This document shows, piece by piece, positions 10,248 through 20,385 of a stretch of DNA of 45,134 nucleotides. Made by a program: the position numbers and the translations under genes. The stretch is from IMG/VR virus record IMGVR_UViG_3300032373_000031, positions 1-45,134 of that record; one strand, written 5' to 3'. Source of the stretch: a virus. Lineage: Duplodnaviria; Caudoviricetes. Each line of letters starts with the position of its first letter. Within the stretch, counting starts at the first letter, position 1. The notes below the pieces were generated by a model. The model ran no database searches. It was not told the DNA's origin and was given only the letters and a program-made list of their open reading frames with translations.

Positions 10248-10718
10248 TTATACTTTTTGGTAGCGAATTACTACCTTAGCTTTACCAGAGCCTGCAGTCA
10301 CACCAGCGGAAGTACCAGTCACTGATACACCGATAGCTGTAGAAGCGGCCAAGGCAGCGGCAAAAGTACCTGCACCAGACGTATCCTTAGTTACACCAGC
10401 GGCATCAGGGTTAGCAATAGCGAAGCCATTTGTAGACTCTGAGCCGTTAGTACCGATGTTGAATACGTTGTCAGCATTACCAAGAGTAAAGGCTTCTTCT
10501 ACGTCAAAGATAGCTTCTACTGGGAAGGCACCTGCTGGCAGAGTTAGCTCAGTGTCAAACGAAGTAGTACCATTGAAGTCGTCACCAGTAATGTAAACTA
10601 CTGCTTCAAACTCAACACCGCTTGTCTGTACTGCGCCACCTGAGAGCACACCATCCTGCTTACCGCGAGGACCGTAGTGGTTTTTAACGCCAATTCCAGC
10701 GCTGTTTTCGATAGTCAT
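10248..10718 (-). CDS. Capsid decoration/minor capsid protein
   Basis: 156-aa Gly/Ala/Thr-rich beta protein directly after the MCP and before the terminator. Confidence 0.6.
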   Translation of the reverse strand: MTIENSAGIGVKNHYGPRGKQDGVLSGGAVQTSGVEFEAVVYITGDDFNGTTSFDTELTLPAGAFPVEAIFDVEEAFTLGNADNVFNIGTNGSESTNGFAIANPDAAGVTKDTSGAGTFAAALAASTAIGVSVTGTSAGVTAGSGKAKVVIRYQKV

Positions 10719-10736
10719 AATATATGTTCCTCTCTA

Positions 10737-11705
10737 TTATGCAGTGTGAGATGCTGAAGTAACGATAACACCAAGGGTGTCTACACGCTGAGCACCCCAA
10801 CCCCAGCGGGCAGAAGTGGTAAACTCATCACGACGTTTTGGGGTATTACGGGCTAATTCAGGAGTAGGTTGACGACGCCACGCACCCATCAAAGGAGTTA
10901 CGTTATCATCTGCGATACACATGAACAAATTAGCTACTGACGCTGTGTTAGTCGAAGTAGTACCGTCCACGTCAACACCACTAGCAATCTCAGGAAGCAG
11001 GTTAGACGTAAAGATATTCCAACCAAAGAGCTTCATAACAAACTGCATACCTTCAGCAATACCACTCTCAAGAATAGCTTGCATGTCAGGGTTGCTGTCT
11101 ACATTGTATGTACCTTGGTATGAGCGCTCAAGAGTAGAAGCCACAACAGGGTCAACAATAGCAATACGGCCTTGAGCAGGAACCTTAGCTTTATCAAACG
11201 CTAGCTTCATGTTGATAAGATCAACGTTGTTCATAGCGCGGTTAGACCCAAGAGTACCTACAGCACGATGGGCAAAGCCATTGACGTTGTTAGGGTCGGC
11301 AGCGGTCTGTGCATCATGCAAAGCTTGGAAGGCAGTAGTCTGTACATACTCTTTAAGAGCACGAGAGCTTTCATCAGCACGCCCAGCAAGGAGCATGTCG
11401 ATGTTAGTACCGTCTTCACGCATGTTGTCAGTGATGTACCAAGCGTCACCTACTTCTTCTGTGATTGTCAGGTTTACCCGGCCAGACTCAATAGGGTTGT
11501 AAGTAGGGTCTTCATCCTCTGTAATATCTTGTAGAGTTACTACACCGATTGAAGGGATGTTAAGTGTTTCACCAGCACCAAAGTCAGAAACGTTACGGAA
11601 GTACATATCCGGCAACAGAGTCTCACCAAGGTTTAACAGCAAGTAGTCTGAGTAGACCTGCTGGTCAACAAAGGCTGGATTTGAAGTTGAAGTAATACTA
11701 GACAT
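10737..11705 (-). CDS. Major capsid protein
   Basis: 322 aa; RNVSDFGAGETLNIPSIG and AFDKAKVPAQGRIAIVDP motifs; follows the scaffold gene. Confidence 0.9.
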   Translation of the reverse strand: MSSITSTSNPAFVDQQVYSDYLLLNLGETLLPDMYFRNVSDFGAGETLNIPSIGVVTLQDITEDEDPTYNPIESGRVNLTITEEVGDAWYITDNMREDGTNIDMLLAGRADESSRALKEYVQTTAFQALHDAQTAADPNNVNGFAHRAVGTLGSNRAMNNVDLINMKLAFDKAKVPAQGRIAIVDPVVASTLERSYQGTYNVDSNPDMQAILESGIAEGMQFVMKLFGWNIFTSNLLPEIASGVDVDGTTSTNTASVANLFMCIADDNVTPLMGAWRRQPTPELARNTPKRRDEFTTSARWGWGAQRVDTLGVIVTSASHTA

Positions 11706-11732
11706 AGTATTTATCCTTTACCAATATTAAAA

Positions 11733-12464
11733 TTAAGAAACGTACTTTGCTCGCAGTGCAGCTATCTCTCTAGCTTTATCCTGTGAACTTCTACCAAATG
11801 ACCCTCGCCCGTTAGGAGTAATCTGAGGTTTATCGTCAGTAGGTTTGACAGCTTCTGTTCTTACGTTAGATGGAGTTTTAGTCGGAGAGGTTGTAGAAGT
11901 TTCACCGATAAGCTTAAGTGCAGCAGTCGGACTCTTTTCAATCACACCTTTAAAGAAATCTGCAGATAGTCCAAGTCCTTCTGCTTTATCCTTTAGGAAT
12001 GTATCAAAGTCTTCAGCCTTAACTTCGTCCTGAAACTTAGTTAAGTTAGCCTCTTTTTCTTTTGTTTCATTGACCAACCGAAGCTGTTCAGCAACGATAG
12101 ATGCAATGGTTGTCTCATCAACGCCGTTGGTAGAGGGTTTCTCATCCTTGTCTGTTGATTTAGTTGTCTCGGTCACAGTAGTCTCCACTTCTTTCTTTAC
12201 TTTAAGTTGCTCAAGCTGTTCCGACAAAGTTAACCTAAGAGCTTCCTCTTCTGCCTTCTCCGCCTTTAACTTCTCGATAAACTCATCCTTGTGTACAATT
12301 GACTCAAGAGCAATGTCAAGGGTGTCGTACTTCTGTCTACCGTCTTCCGTCTTAATATCTTTAAGTTTACTCTGCAACACTTCAAGGGTATTCGGTGTAG
12401 CTTCGTCGGTACCGGGAGGAGTACCATCTTGGTTGTCGTCAGTATTAGTGTCTGGGTCAGACAT
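11733..12464 (-). CDS. Capsid scaffolding protein
   Basis: Acidic coiled-coil protein with a basic C-terminal helix, between portal and MCP. Confidence 0.8.
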   Translation of the reverse strand: MSDPDTNTDDNQDGTPPGTDEATPNTLEVLQSKLKDIKTEDGRQKYDTLDIALESIVHKDEFIEKLKAEKAEEEALRLTLSEQLEQLKVKKEVETTVTETTKSTDKDEKPSTNGVDETTIASIVAEQLRLVNETKEKEANLTKFQDEVKAEDFDTFLKDKAEGLGLSADFFKGVIEKSPTAALKLIGETSTTSPTKTPSNVRTEAVKPTDDKPQITPNGRGSFGRSSQDKAREIAALRAKYVS

Positions 12465-12496
12465 ACTAATCCTTTCTGTATTAACTCTATACTATT

Positions 12497-12525
12497 ATTA
12501 TACCATACTATTTCTTAGAAGTCAA
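12497..12525 (-). promoter_or_regulatory. sigma70-type promoter for scaffold/capsid genes
   Basis: TTGACT-N17-TATAAT with extended -10 TG. Confidence 0.85.
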
Positions 12526-12777
12526 CAAAGATTTGAATAAAGTTAACATTCTTCGTAAAGTTTTTACCTCTGCAACTAGTCTTGATTGGTTGAGCGCCCA
12601 GTCCCCTGAGTAGTCTGCTGTAACCATTTCCTTTACAGTAGCGTCTATGTCTGTCTCTAGTATAGTTATGTACTGCTCTATAAGGCTTCGGCAGTCGACT
12701 GACTTGACTATCGCTTCAAAGTCTTTAACCTGCGGGTCCGACAGGTTCTTCTTCCACGCGCTGTTCACCTTGCTCAT
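12508..12777 (-). CDS. Small helical hypothetical protein after the portal
   Basis: 89 aa; overlaps the portal 3' end by 53 nt. Confidence 0.65.
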   Translation of the reverse strand: MSKVNSAWKKNLSDPQVKDFEAIVKSVDCRSLIEQYITILETDIDATVKEMVTADYSGDWALNQSRLVAEVKTLRRMLTLFKSLLTSKK

Positions 12778-14506
12778 CTCCTTGTGCTAGTTGGTTCTGT
12801 AGTTCTTGAGCTAGCTGTGCTGACTCTGCATCCTCTAGTAGCCCTTTGTTATCTCCGAATAAATCAAACTTTTCAAGTCCAAGGATTTGCTCTGCCAACT
12901 TAGCTGTAGCAGTTCTGCTCATGTGGGGCTGTATCATATTCCAGATAGGTGTCTGGCTTAGTCCGATAAGGTTCTGTACTAGCTGAGCCTGCCTAGCAAA
13001 GTGCCTAGCACCAATAGGGCGTAGCTTACCTGCAGCAGAGATGTCTTCCTTTGTAACTGTCAAGAATGCTTCGATACCTTCAGCATCCTCTAGTACACGA
13101 ATAGTATCCGAACCGTCAACGTTCCTACGGGCTACTTCTAACATTGAGTTCAGTAGAGGCTCAAGCAAGTTGATCTCAAAGTTTCTGATCTTCTCTTGGA
13201 ATATTCTACTAGCTGCAGTAACAAGGGACTGAACCTCAAAGGCTGTCTTCTCGCCGGGGGTACGTACACCCATAGCCTCACGAGGAGCACCAGTGAATAA
13301 TTCCATCTGGTCCATAAGGAATTGTATCTCTTGGTCCACCGCTAGTGCAGTTAAGTCAGGGGATAATAGCTCTACATCACCGTTCTCATCTACCTGTATC
13401 TCTGCACCGGGTGCCCATTCATAATCCTCTACCTCTCCCTTAACCTTAATAGGGGGAAAGATGTTAAGATCAATGGCGTCTGCTTTAGAGTTCTCAAGGT
13501 GGTTGATACGGTACTGCAAACCTACGATGTTAGCCAGTGGAGACATGGCCCAAAGATTATCTGGACGTTCACGCCAGCCTACGTGGTGTGTGGATGACCT
13601 ACCTAGCCAGCTTGGGTTCTGCTCATTACGTAGTACTACCGATCTGTCTGCAATAGTTACAATACGGTCCTTAAGAAATGTGTCACTTACTGGGTCATAG
13701 ATGTCCCCGATAAGCTCAATCACCTCAATAGTACCAGAGTTTAGATACTTATGCATACTACCAAAGCCGTCCATCTGCATGGCCTTAGCTCTTTGGAAGT
13801 CTCTAGCGGAGTATGCTTGACCTAAGTTCCTACGCTCCTCTAGTTTAGTGATACCTTCCTCTAGCCACTTCTGATCTTCGGGGCGCTCATTCACGTAGCG
13901 CTTAAACTCAGAGTAGGTCCACACTGTCCTACGTATGATAGGGGTGTCTTTAAAGTTCTGACTAAGGGGATTAAAGGCTATGTCGTAGGGACTGGTTCGA
14001 ACTACTCTTGGGCCTACAAAGCCTGCAATAGTCTCACCAGTAGTTTCATCTACCTTACTTTCCTTAATAAACTCCACATCCGCAATAGCGTTACCCATCA
14101 TGATATAGTCATCAATCAAAGCGGAGCAGATGGTATAAAAGTTACCTTCCCTAAGTTTATTCTTCATGTACCCAAGGACGGCCTTACGCTTACCTTGTTC
14201 TGCTGCATCACTACTACCTGCTTCCCAAGTCAACCAATCATCATGAGGGAACAAGGCTGACATGTAGTTGGCCTTAAGGTTATCATAAATCTGTGTGATC
14301 TTAGGTACGTGTGTCTTGTTGGACCACGCTAGTGTGCTGTTAGAAGTAGTGACTGTATCAGTTGCAAAGATATAATCCCGTACCTCTGCTGTCTCTTCTT
14401 CCCAAGTAGACCTACCATCCTTGTACGTAGTGTACATGTTACTGATAGCCGAAGCTAACTGGTTAGGCTCTAATGCATTTTCTAACTGGGCTACTGTGCC
14501 TGTCAT
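12725..14506 (-). CDS. Portal protein
   Basis: 593 aa; GAPREAMGVRTPGEKTAFEV; directly after TerL. Confidence 0.9.
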   Translation of the reverse strand: MTGTVAQLENALEPNQLASAISNMYTTYKDGRSTWEEETAEVRDYIFATDTVTTSNSTLAWSNKTHVPKITQIYDNLKANYMSALFPHDDWLTWEAGSSDAAEQGKRKAVLGYMKNKLREGNFYTICSALIDDYIMMGNAIADVEFIKESKVDETTGETIAGFVGPRVVRTSPYDIAFNPLSQNFKDTPIIRRTVWTYSEFKRYVNERPEDQKWLEEGITKLEERRNLGQAYSARDFQRAKAMQMDGFGSMHKYLNSGTIEVIELIGDIYDPVSDTFLKDRIVTIADRSVVLRNEQNPSWLGRSSTHHVGWRERPDNLWAMSPLANIVGLQYRINHLENSKADAIDLNIFPPIKVKGEVEDYEWAPGAEIQVDENGDVELLSPDLTALAVDQEIQFLMDQMELFTGAPREAMGVRTPGEKTAFEVQSLVTAASRIFQEKIRNFEINLLEPLLNSMLEVARRNVDGSDTIRVLEDAEGIEAFLTVTKEDISAAGKLRPIGARHFARQAQLVQNLIGLSQTPIWNMIQPHMSRTATAKLAEQILGLEKFDLFGDNKGLLEDAESAQLAQELQNQLAQGDEQGEQRVEEEPVGPAG

Positions 14507-14511
14507 TTAAT

Positions 14512-16056
14512 CTACCTCTGTATTCCACCAAAGCGGCTGTTGAAACTAACGGGTGCTTGCTTATTCTCCCTACGACGCACCTTAACAGGGGCTTTAGCAA
14601 AGTCCACTGCTGCTGCTAGTGCATCTTTGACATCATCATGGGGAGGGTTTTCTAGTACTAGTTCTTCCTCTAGTATCTGACAGTTACCACCACGATAGTG
14701 ATACATCTGCCCATTGGAGTACCTAGCTTCTAATATAGAAGCAATACGCTCTTTCTTATTACCTTCGTGGCGGTTAGGTCTAAACTCATCAACCCTAAGC
14801 AGCATACCGTTCTTCTTGATACGGGTCTTGATCTCTTGCACTACTGCCTGCTGTGCAACAGTCACCTCTAGTCGTACGGACCTGTACTGCCACTTGTTCC
14901 ACGTAGATACAATGGCGTCAAAGTAGTCCTCTATCTTAGATGTCTTAAACCTGTCTATGTCCAACACAAAGTAGTTATGGTCTGCATCTACCCCGACGAT
15001 TACAATGGCGGTGAAGTCAGCCTTCTTGCTGCGGCTAAAGGCAAAGTCTACTGCGGCATATACACTAAGCTTACGGTCCCTAAAGTACCAATGCCCACCT
15101 TGCTGGTGCAGGTGCTTCTTGTCATAGTGCTGCCACGAGTCACGGGCGATAGCTTCACTATCATCACCGGTAGGGTCATTGTAGTACTGGGCTTTAAACT
15201 GCCCCTTGTCTAAGTACTCTGACTTGATCTCTGATAGCACTTGGCTATTGAAACCAAACCATACACCGTCTTTACGCTGCTGTCTTGGCCACAGAAACTC
15301 TCCAAAGCAATCACCTTGGTCTTCCACCTGTCGCTCAAATATCTCATAGCGAGGAGAGGACTTGCCTGTAGGTTCACCTTTCTTATTAAAGTCTGGTACC
15401 TGCATTGCCTGCAGATCATTATAAATATCTTTAGGATGGTACCGTGTACCTACTACCCACTTGAATGAACCGGGGTTAGCGATAGAGGCCATCTGTGAGT
15501 ACTTAGATGCGACCTGCTTACGTCCGTCCTGAGTATATGCGTTCTCCGGAACAACCAAATCATCATACACCACTACGTCACTGTGCATACCTGTCTGCGT
15601 TCCGGTAACACCAGTAGCCCACACGGTAGGGTCACGTACCCCTTCTTCCTTACGCTTAGGGTGGTCCACTGCAAACTCAAAGGTGGTCCACTTCTCGCGC
15701 TTACCTTCCTCTTTGTTAACCATCTCTGGCCAGTACTTCATGTACACCCTACTGGACAGAATATCTTTGATAGCTTTAAGCTGCTTCTCTGCTAGGTTTG
15801 ATGTAGCAGACACGTACATAACTGTAGTACTAGGGTTACGCGTGATGTGCCAAGCAACTCTGTACGCAATCAAGGCACTCTTCTGGTGGCCACGAGGTAG
15901 CAGTGTTAGTTGGTTAGTCTTAGCACTTGGCCTAGTCCACCACTCAATGATCTCCTCATGGATGTCACCGAGCACCCTGTGTGGAGCTACAAGCTTAATA
16001 AAACTAGACAGGGATGCTTCTGCTAAGTCTCTTGCTTGGTTTATGTAACTATTCAA
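14512..16056 (-). CDS. terL: Terminase large subunit
   Basis: LPRGHQKS Walker A variant, VVVYDD Walker B, VGTRY, nuclease AVDFAFS...DFTA and HDDVKDA; TTG start with AAGGTG RBS. Confidence 0.92.
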   Translation of the reverse strand: MNSYINQARDLAEASLSSFIKLVAPHRVLGDIHEEIIEWWTRPSAKTNQLTLLPRGHQKSALIAYRVAWHITRNPSTTVMYVSATSNLAEKQLKAIKDILSSRVYMKYWPEMVNKEEGKREKWTTFEFAVDHPKRKEEGVRDPTVWATGVTGTQTGMHSDVVVYDDLVVPENAYTQDGRKQVASKYSQMASIANPGSFKWVVGTRYHPKDIYNDLQAMQVPDFNKKGEPTGKSSPRYEIFERQVEDQGDCFGEFLWPRQQRKDGVWFGFNSQVLSEIKSEYLDKGQFKAQYYNDPTGDDSEAIARDSWQHYDKKHLHQQGGHWYFRDRKLSVYAAVDFAFSRSKKADFTAIVIVGVDADHNYFVLDIDRFKTSKIEDYFDAIVSTWNKWQYRSVRLEVTVAQQAVVQEIKTRIKKNGMLLRVDEFRPNRHEGNKKERIASILEARYSNGQMYHYRGGNCQILEEELVLENPPHDDVKDALAAAVDFAKAPVKVRRRENKQAPVSFNSRFGGIQR

Positions 16057-16067
16057 CTGAGATCACC

Positions 16068-16229
16068 TTAGCTACGCTGAGAGGAATAGACCTCAGCTTC
16101 CTTCTGTATCCTCGCTACTATACACGCCCCCTCTAAGCATTTTTCTTTGGATGACTTTATCAGTCTATCTAGTTTTTCTGATCTTGTTTCCTGTGTGTGT
16201 GCGGTGTTTACTCTGAAAAGACTAAGCAT
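16068..16229 (-). CDS. Small hypothetical protein (53 aa, MLSLFRVNTAH...)
   Basis: Translated by hand; AGGAAG RBS; fills the gap between the holin-like gene and terL. Confidence 0.55.
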   Translation of the reverse strand: MLSLFRVNTAHTQETRSEKLDRLIKSSKEKCLEGACIVARIQKEAEVYSSQRS

Positions 16230-16479
16230 TTAAACTTCCTACAACTTCTCTGCGTATAGTTAACTCTTTCTCCAAGGCCCTAAGAGCAGATACGTGCTGC
16301 TCTGTGGATACTGTTTGCGTTTCAGCTAAAGCTACTAACCTATCCACTAAGGTATCATACTTACTGGTTGTCTTACGGTAGACGTAGGCAAACCAAAAAC
16401 ACATACCTAGTAGTATAACATGGGACAGGTCACCCTTGGATAAAATGACTTCGGCAAAAGCTCCCGCTGCTTCAAACAT
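16222..16479 (-). CDS. Single-TM membrane protein, holin-like
   Basis: Hydrophobic VILLGMCFWFAYVY followed by RK and a coiled coil. Confidence 0.5.
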   Translation of the reverse strand: MFEAAGAFAEVILSKGDLSHVILLGMCFWFAYVYRKTTSKYDTLVDRLVALAETQTVSTEQHVSALRALEKELTIRREVVGSLNA

Positions 16480-16490
16480 AGACTTTTCCT

Positions 16491-16994
16491 TTAATGCTTT
16501 AACCCGATACGGGCAAGCTCTTCCTCAGTTTGACTATCAAGTTTTAGGGGCTTAAAGGTTTCTTCAGAAGACTTAGCTGGTCTGCCCACTGTCTTCTTAT
16601 CTGCTTTGTAGCCACGATCACTGAGCCACTTAGCACTAGTCACCGATGTCTTACTGTCCGGTGAGGCTGCATCCTGAGCTACAACTTTCACTGCTTCAGA
16701 CCTGATCTTCATATCTAGCTCGTCCCTGCACTCCTGTATTAGGGGTGCGAGGGCTACACTATTTGTAAGTTCTTTCCAGTGGTCCCATCCATCACACAGC
16801 TGTTGAGCAGTTTCATACTCAACAGGGTCTGCAATCTCTAGGTACCGTTTCTTAAAAGACGTATAAGTCTTACCGTTAAGAACATGGTCCTCATTCTTTG
16901 TAGTATAGATAGCGTGCTCTGGTTTACCGTAGCACAGTTCTATGAACAAAGATTTAGTTAGGTACATTCCTGAGTCGTTCTTATATATAGACAT
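16491..16994 (-). CDS. Putative terminase small subunit
   Basis: 167 aa upstream of terL; helical with a SAKWL...VGRP C-terminal segment. Confidence 0.55.
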   Translation of the reverse strand: MSIYKNDSGMYLTKSLFIELCYGKPEHAIYTTKNEDHVLNGKTYTSFKKRYLEIADPVEYETAQQLCDGWDHWKELTNSVALAPLIQECRDELDMKIRSEAVKVVAQDAASPDSKTSVTSAKWLSDRGYKADKKTVGRPAKSSEETFKPLKLDSQTEEELARIGLKH

Positions 16995-17012
16995 AGTTTC
17001 TACCTTGTGGCT

Positions 17013-17939
17013 TTACTTCGATACCCATCCTGTGTTTCCGGTGCCGCTTTCTTTCACATAAAAGGATGTGCCAGAGCCACCGTCTGTGCGTTGGTATGTG
17101 GACCCTACAGGGGCTGTTGCGCTACCCTCTGGAGTACCTGAACCTGCAAGGATTTTTGGCCCCGCGTTCAGTGTTAGCGAACCAAAGAAGGTGGCAGACT
17201 GGTCACTATTAAGCTGTAAGGCTTTATCACCCCCTGTGGTAAAGGCTAACGTGTTGTCTAGAGGTGTATACATCCCTGTGTCAGAGTCAGTTTGAAACGA
17301 GTGGGACGGAGTAGCCGCGCTACCCACTCCGAATGAACCTGTGCCGGTTGTAACGATATTATTATCTTGGAAGTTCCAAGTAGAAAAACCATCAAATACT
17401 AACTTATTTACGTTGTTCTGTTTGAAGGCGAGGAATCCACCAGCAGCGACATTAATATTCCCTTGAGCGGCAAAATCCAGCATGTCGCCGCCGACAGTTA
17501 CATCGCCCGCGAAGGTGGCACTCTTATCTGATAGCAGCGAAAACACAGGTCCAGCAGCGATTTGGTCAGCACCACTATTACTCTGAGTGTAGAAGTGTAT
17601 ATCTGTTGCAGAGTACCCAGCAGTTCCGCCGACCCAAGTTGCGGCAGCTTTGAACTCAATACGACCGCCCTCTGTCTTAGTGCTAGCATCAAAGCCCGTC
17701 GCTGATATCAGGCCTACCACATCGCCTGAGTTTATAGAAACGTCATTACGAAATAGATCAATCAGCGCACCAGTGCTATCATCTTGAGATATAAGAACAT
17801 CACCCGCGAAGGTGGCATTATTGAACGCGACACTACCTGTGGCAGCTAGGCTGTACCACGCCCGCTCTAGGTCGTTAAGAGAGCCACCACCGGACACCAC
17901 ACTTTTAAAATACGTATATTTGTCATCTACTAAAGTCAT
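17013..17939 (-). CDS. Tail fibre/spike-like protein
   Basis: Gly/Thr/Ser-rich; GSAATPSHSF..DSDTGMY module and C-terminal GSGTPEGSATAPVGSTYQRTDGG..FYVKESGTGNTGW. Confidence 0.7.
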   Translation of the reverse strand: MTLVDDKYTYFKSVVSGGGSLNDLERAWYSLAATGSVAFNNATFAGDVLISQDDSTGALIDLFRNDVSINSGDVVGLISATGFDASTKTEGGRIEFKAAATWVGGTAGYSATDIHFYTQSNSGADQIAAGPVFSLLSDKSATFAGDVTVGGDMLDFAAQGNINVAAGGFLAFKQNNVNKLVFDGFSTWNFQDNNIVTTGTGSFGVGSAATPSHSFQTDSDTGMYTPLDNTLAFTTGGDKALQLNSDQSATFFGSLTLNAGPKILAGSGTPEGSATAPVGSTYQRTDGGSGTSFYVKESGTGNTGWVSK

Positions 17940-17950
17940 TCATCTATTCC

Positions 17951-19906
17951 TTATAAGGTTGTGCCGTGAGCGATAGCATTGATAGCACCACTCTGTAGGT
18001 GATCATAACTAACCATCAACTTACCGTCCTGCATCTCTTTAACCACCCGATAGTCGAAAGCATTAAGACCGTGCTTCTCAAAGATAGCAACAACGTCCTG
18101 AGCAATAACACCGATACTGATTTCTTTCTCAATACGCTCTTCATCAGTGAGTTCAACCACAGTAGTCTTACCAGCCTCATCTGTTTCTTCACGAACTAGA
18201 CCGGGCTTGATGCGGTTGTACTTCTTAATGTTCAGGGCAACCTCAAGGAAGGCTTTACGCTCTGCCTCGTCTAGGTCTTCCTGATTAGCTTTGAAGGAGG
18301 TGTCTGATACGACGGTTACTGCGTTCTGAAGGTAGCAGTTCTCGAAGGCATTAGCTGCCAAGTTAGCTCCAAGGTCTTGGGTATTGCTTGCTTGAATAGG
18401 TAGGAAGTTACCATCCTCATCCATCTCAAAGCGATTAACATCACCACCGGGGCGGAAGACTAGGTTACCTACAAGACCACCACCAGATACCTGTGACTTG
18501 ATCGAAGCAGCGTATCTAGTGTAGTCAGTGCCATCATCAAAGGAGAATACAATCTCACCGATGTTGTCCCCAACAGAACAGGCAGATACTCCACCTACTG
18601 TACCAGATCGAGACTTCATCATGTTGATACGCGCAGGGGATGTGTCAGAGGAGAACTTGTTAATACCAAAGGTAGCGCCAGCACCAGTAGTACCAGTGAT
18701 CTGCACCTTAGGGTTAACGGTGTTACCAGTAGTGACCTCTGTAGCAGCCGCACCTACAACAACACGTTGGGTAGGAGTGGTGAACATTGTTACTGCACCA
18801 GCGTTAGCAAAACCTACAGTGTCTTCTGCTGCACGATAGAAGCCTGTGTCTTTACTAGTATCATCAGCAAAAGTGTAGGCAGGGGTAGCAGCCGCACCAT
18901 CCTGCATTGAGATAGTGGCAGACTGAATATCGTTCCACTGTGCAGTATCATCACCAAGGTTGACTGTAGTAGACTGCTTAGGACGCAGGGCAGGGGTAGT
19001 ACCTCCGCCAGCTAGGGTCAACAGTGCAGTAAGGGTACCAGCACGGGAAGCACCAAAGGTTAGCTTGCCTGACTCTGCACCGAGAGTAGAGTTAACTGAA
19101 GTAGCAATAAGGTTAGCGTAGTTGTGGTAGTTAGTGCCATCGTGACCAGTCCAGAAGATAGTACCTACGTTATCATTAGTCTGCACTGCGGCAAGAGAGC
19201 CTGCACTACCTCTGGCTTTACGGAATACAAAGTCTGCATCCTCAGCGTCATTACTGACACGTCCTAGACCAATCTGTGCACCGCTGTCCAGTGAGATAGA
19301 CAAGTCATCTGCACTTTCGTGGTCTTGATCACCAATCTTAATCTGTGTATCTTTAATAAGCACACCGTCAATAGTAACACCAGCACCATTGGTCTTCTCT
19401 GCTACTACGTCGGCATTAACAGTATCGGCAGTAAACTCACCATCTTTAAGAAGAACACTATCAATGGTCACACCTGCATCTGCAGTACGTTCATTGATAG
19501 TATCGGTCACTACGGCGGTGGTTGCTGTGGAGGTAGCTGCTGTTACATTACCGTCCTTCAGTAGGACAGACTCGATGGTAACACCTGCATCAGTGGTCTT
19601 CTCATCAATTACATCTGTGTCAATGGAGTCGAAGGTGCCGTTAGCTGTAGCAGTCTGAGCACCAGTAGCAATATCATCTACGTACTTCTTGTTAGCTACA
19701 TCAGCATTTGAGGAAGGGGCAGCAACGTTTACAATCTTGTTGCTGTTCATGTCTAACTCATTTTCCATAGAGTTAGGTTCGCCATCAGGGTTGTCCCTGT
19801 ACAGTACTTTACTGTTTAATTCTGTTTCTATCTTAGTGAAGTTAGAGTTAAGGGAGTTCCTACTGAACATACCTCCTAACAATGAAGTGAGGGTTAGTTT
19901 AGCCAT
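17951..19906 (-). CDS. Tail fibre with C-terminal intramolecular chaperone (peptidase S74-like)
   Basis: Likely ATG at 19906 (AAGGA RBS); LDMNSNKIVNVAAP...NKKYVD anchor; TVVSDTSFK cleavage motif and GVIAQDV; 651 aa. Confidence 0.82.
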   Translation of the reverse strand: MAKLTLTSLLGGMFSRNSLNSNFTKIETELNSKVLYRDNPDGEPNSMENELDMNSNKIVNVAAPSSNADVANKKYVDDIATGAQTATANGTFDSIDTDVIDEKTTDAGVTIESVLLKDGNVTAATSTATTAVVTDTINERTADAGVTIDSVLLKDGEFTADTVNADVVAEKTNGAGVTIDGVLIKDTQIKIGDQDHESADDLSISLDSGAQIGLGRVSNDAEDADFVFRKARGSAGSLAAVQTNDNVGTIFWTGHDGTNYHNYANLIATSVNSTLGAESGKLTFGASRAGTLTALLTLAGGGTTPALRPKQSTTVNLGDDTAQWNDIQSATISMQDGAAATPAYTFADDTSKDTGFYRAAEDTVGFANAGAVTMFTTPTQRVVVGAAATEVTTGNTVNPKVQITGTTGAGATFGINKFSSDTSPARINMMKSRSGTVGGVSACSVGDNIGEIVFSFDDGTDYTRYAASIKSQVSGGGLVGNLVFRPGGDVNRFEMDEDGNFLPIQASNTQDLGANLAANAFENCYLQNAVTVVSDTSFKANQEDLDEAERKAFLEVALNIKKYNRIKPGLVREETDEAGKTTVVELTDEERIEKEISIGVIAQDVVAIFEKHGLNAFDYRVVKEMQDGKLMVSYDHLQSGAINAIAHGTTL

Positions 19907-20115
19907 TACTGTTTCCTTAGTTAAGATTAAGGACAAAAGACTTATGAGCCAAGGGCAGCTTATTTTATATTTATGTGTCTTATGTCTAGTTAGTTACATC
20001 ATAGTACTAGTTTAGTATATATTAGGTATTCTTGTTTTCTTTATAAGAATAAAAGATATTATACTAACTTTGTTCCAATGATGTAGTTGGGTTGTTTTGT
20101 TTTGTCTATACTATT

Positions 20116-20144
20116 ATTATACCACGGTAAGAAACACGTGTCAA
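20116..20144 (-). promoter_or_regulatory. sigma70-type promoter heading the late arm
   Basis: TTGACA-N17-TATAAT with extended TG; shares 19 identical bp with the 12497 promoter. Confidence 0.88.
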
Positions 20145-20159
20145 TAGTAAAGTGAAGGC

Positions 20160-20385
20160 ATAAGGCATTTCTGTACAATATAGCAATAATATTGCTTAGG
20201 TCTAGGCGTTATTGGCAGAATATTGCTTAGAAATGTATAGGTATGAGAAGGTCTAGGCATTTCTGTATAACTATACATAGCCATGTACACTGCTGCTACA
20301 ATCCGGTAATTTTGTATAGAAATATTTTAGGTGTATTTGAATAGATATAGCACCCCCGTACACCCCTGCCCACCCCTGTACATTA
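20160..20385. repeat. Cluster of short direct/inverted repeats; probable genome terminus/packaging or origin region
   Basis: AGGCATTTCTGTA x2, AATATTGCTTAG x2, AGGTCTAGGC x2 and CACCCC x3 at 10-bp period, in the ORF-free gap between the divergent arms. Confidence 0.6.

Noticed and set aside
233-20015. Many plus-strand ORFs over the structural arm (e.g. 3516..4223) and minus-strand ORFs over the replication arm
   Set aside because: They are antisense shadows of real genes, Ser/Thr/Leu-rich, with no RBS or motifs.
20351-20380. G-quadruplex on the minus strand
   Set aside because: Only three G-tracts, too few for an intramolecular G4.
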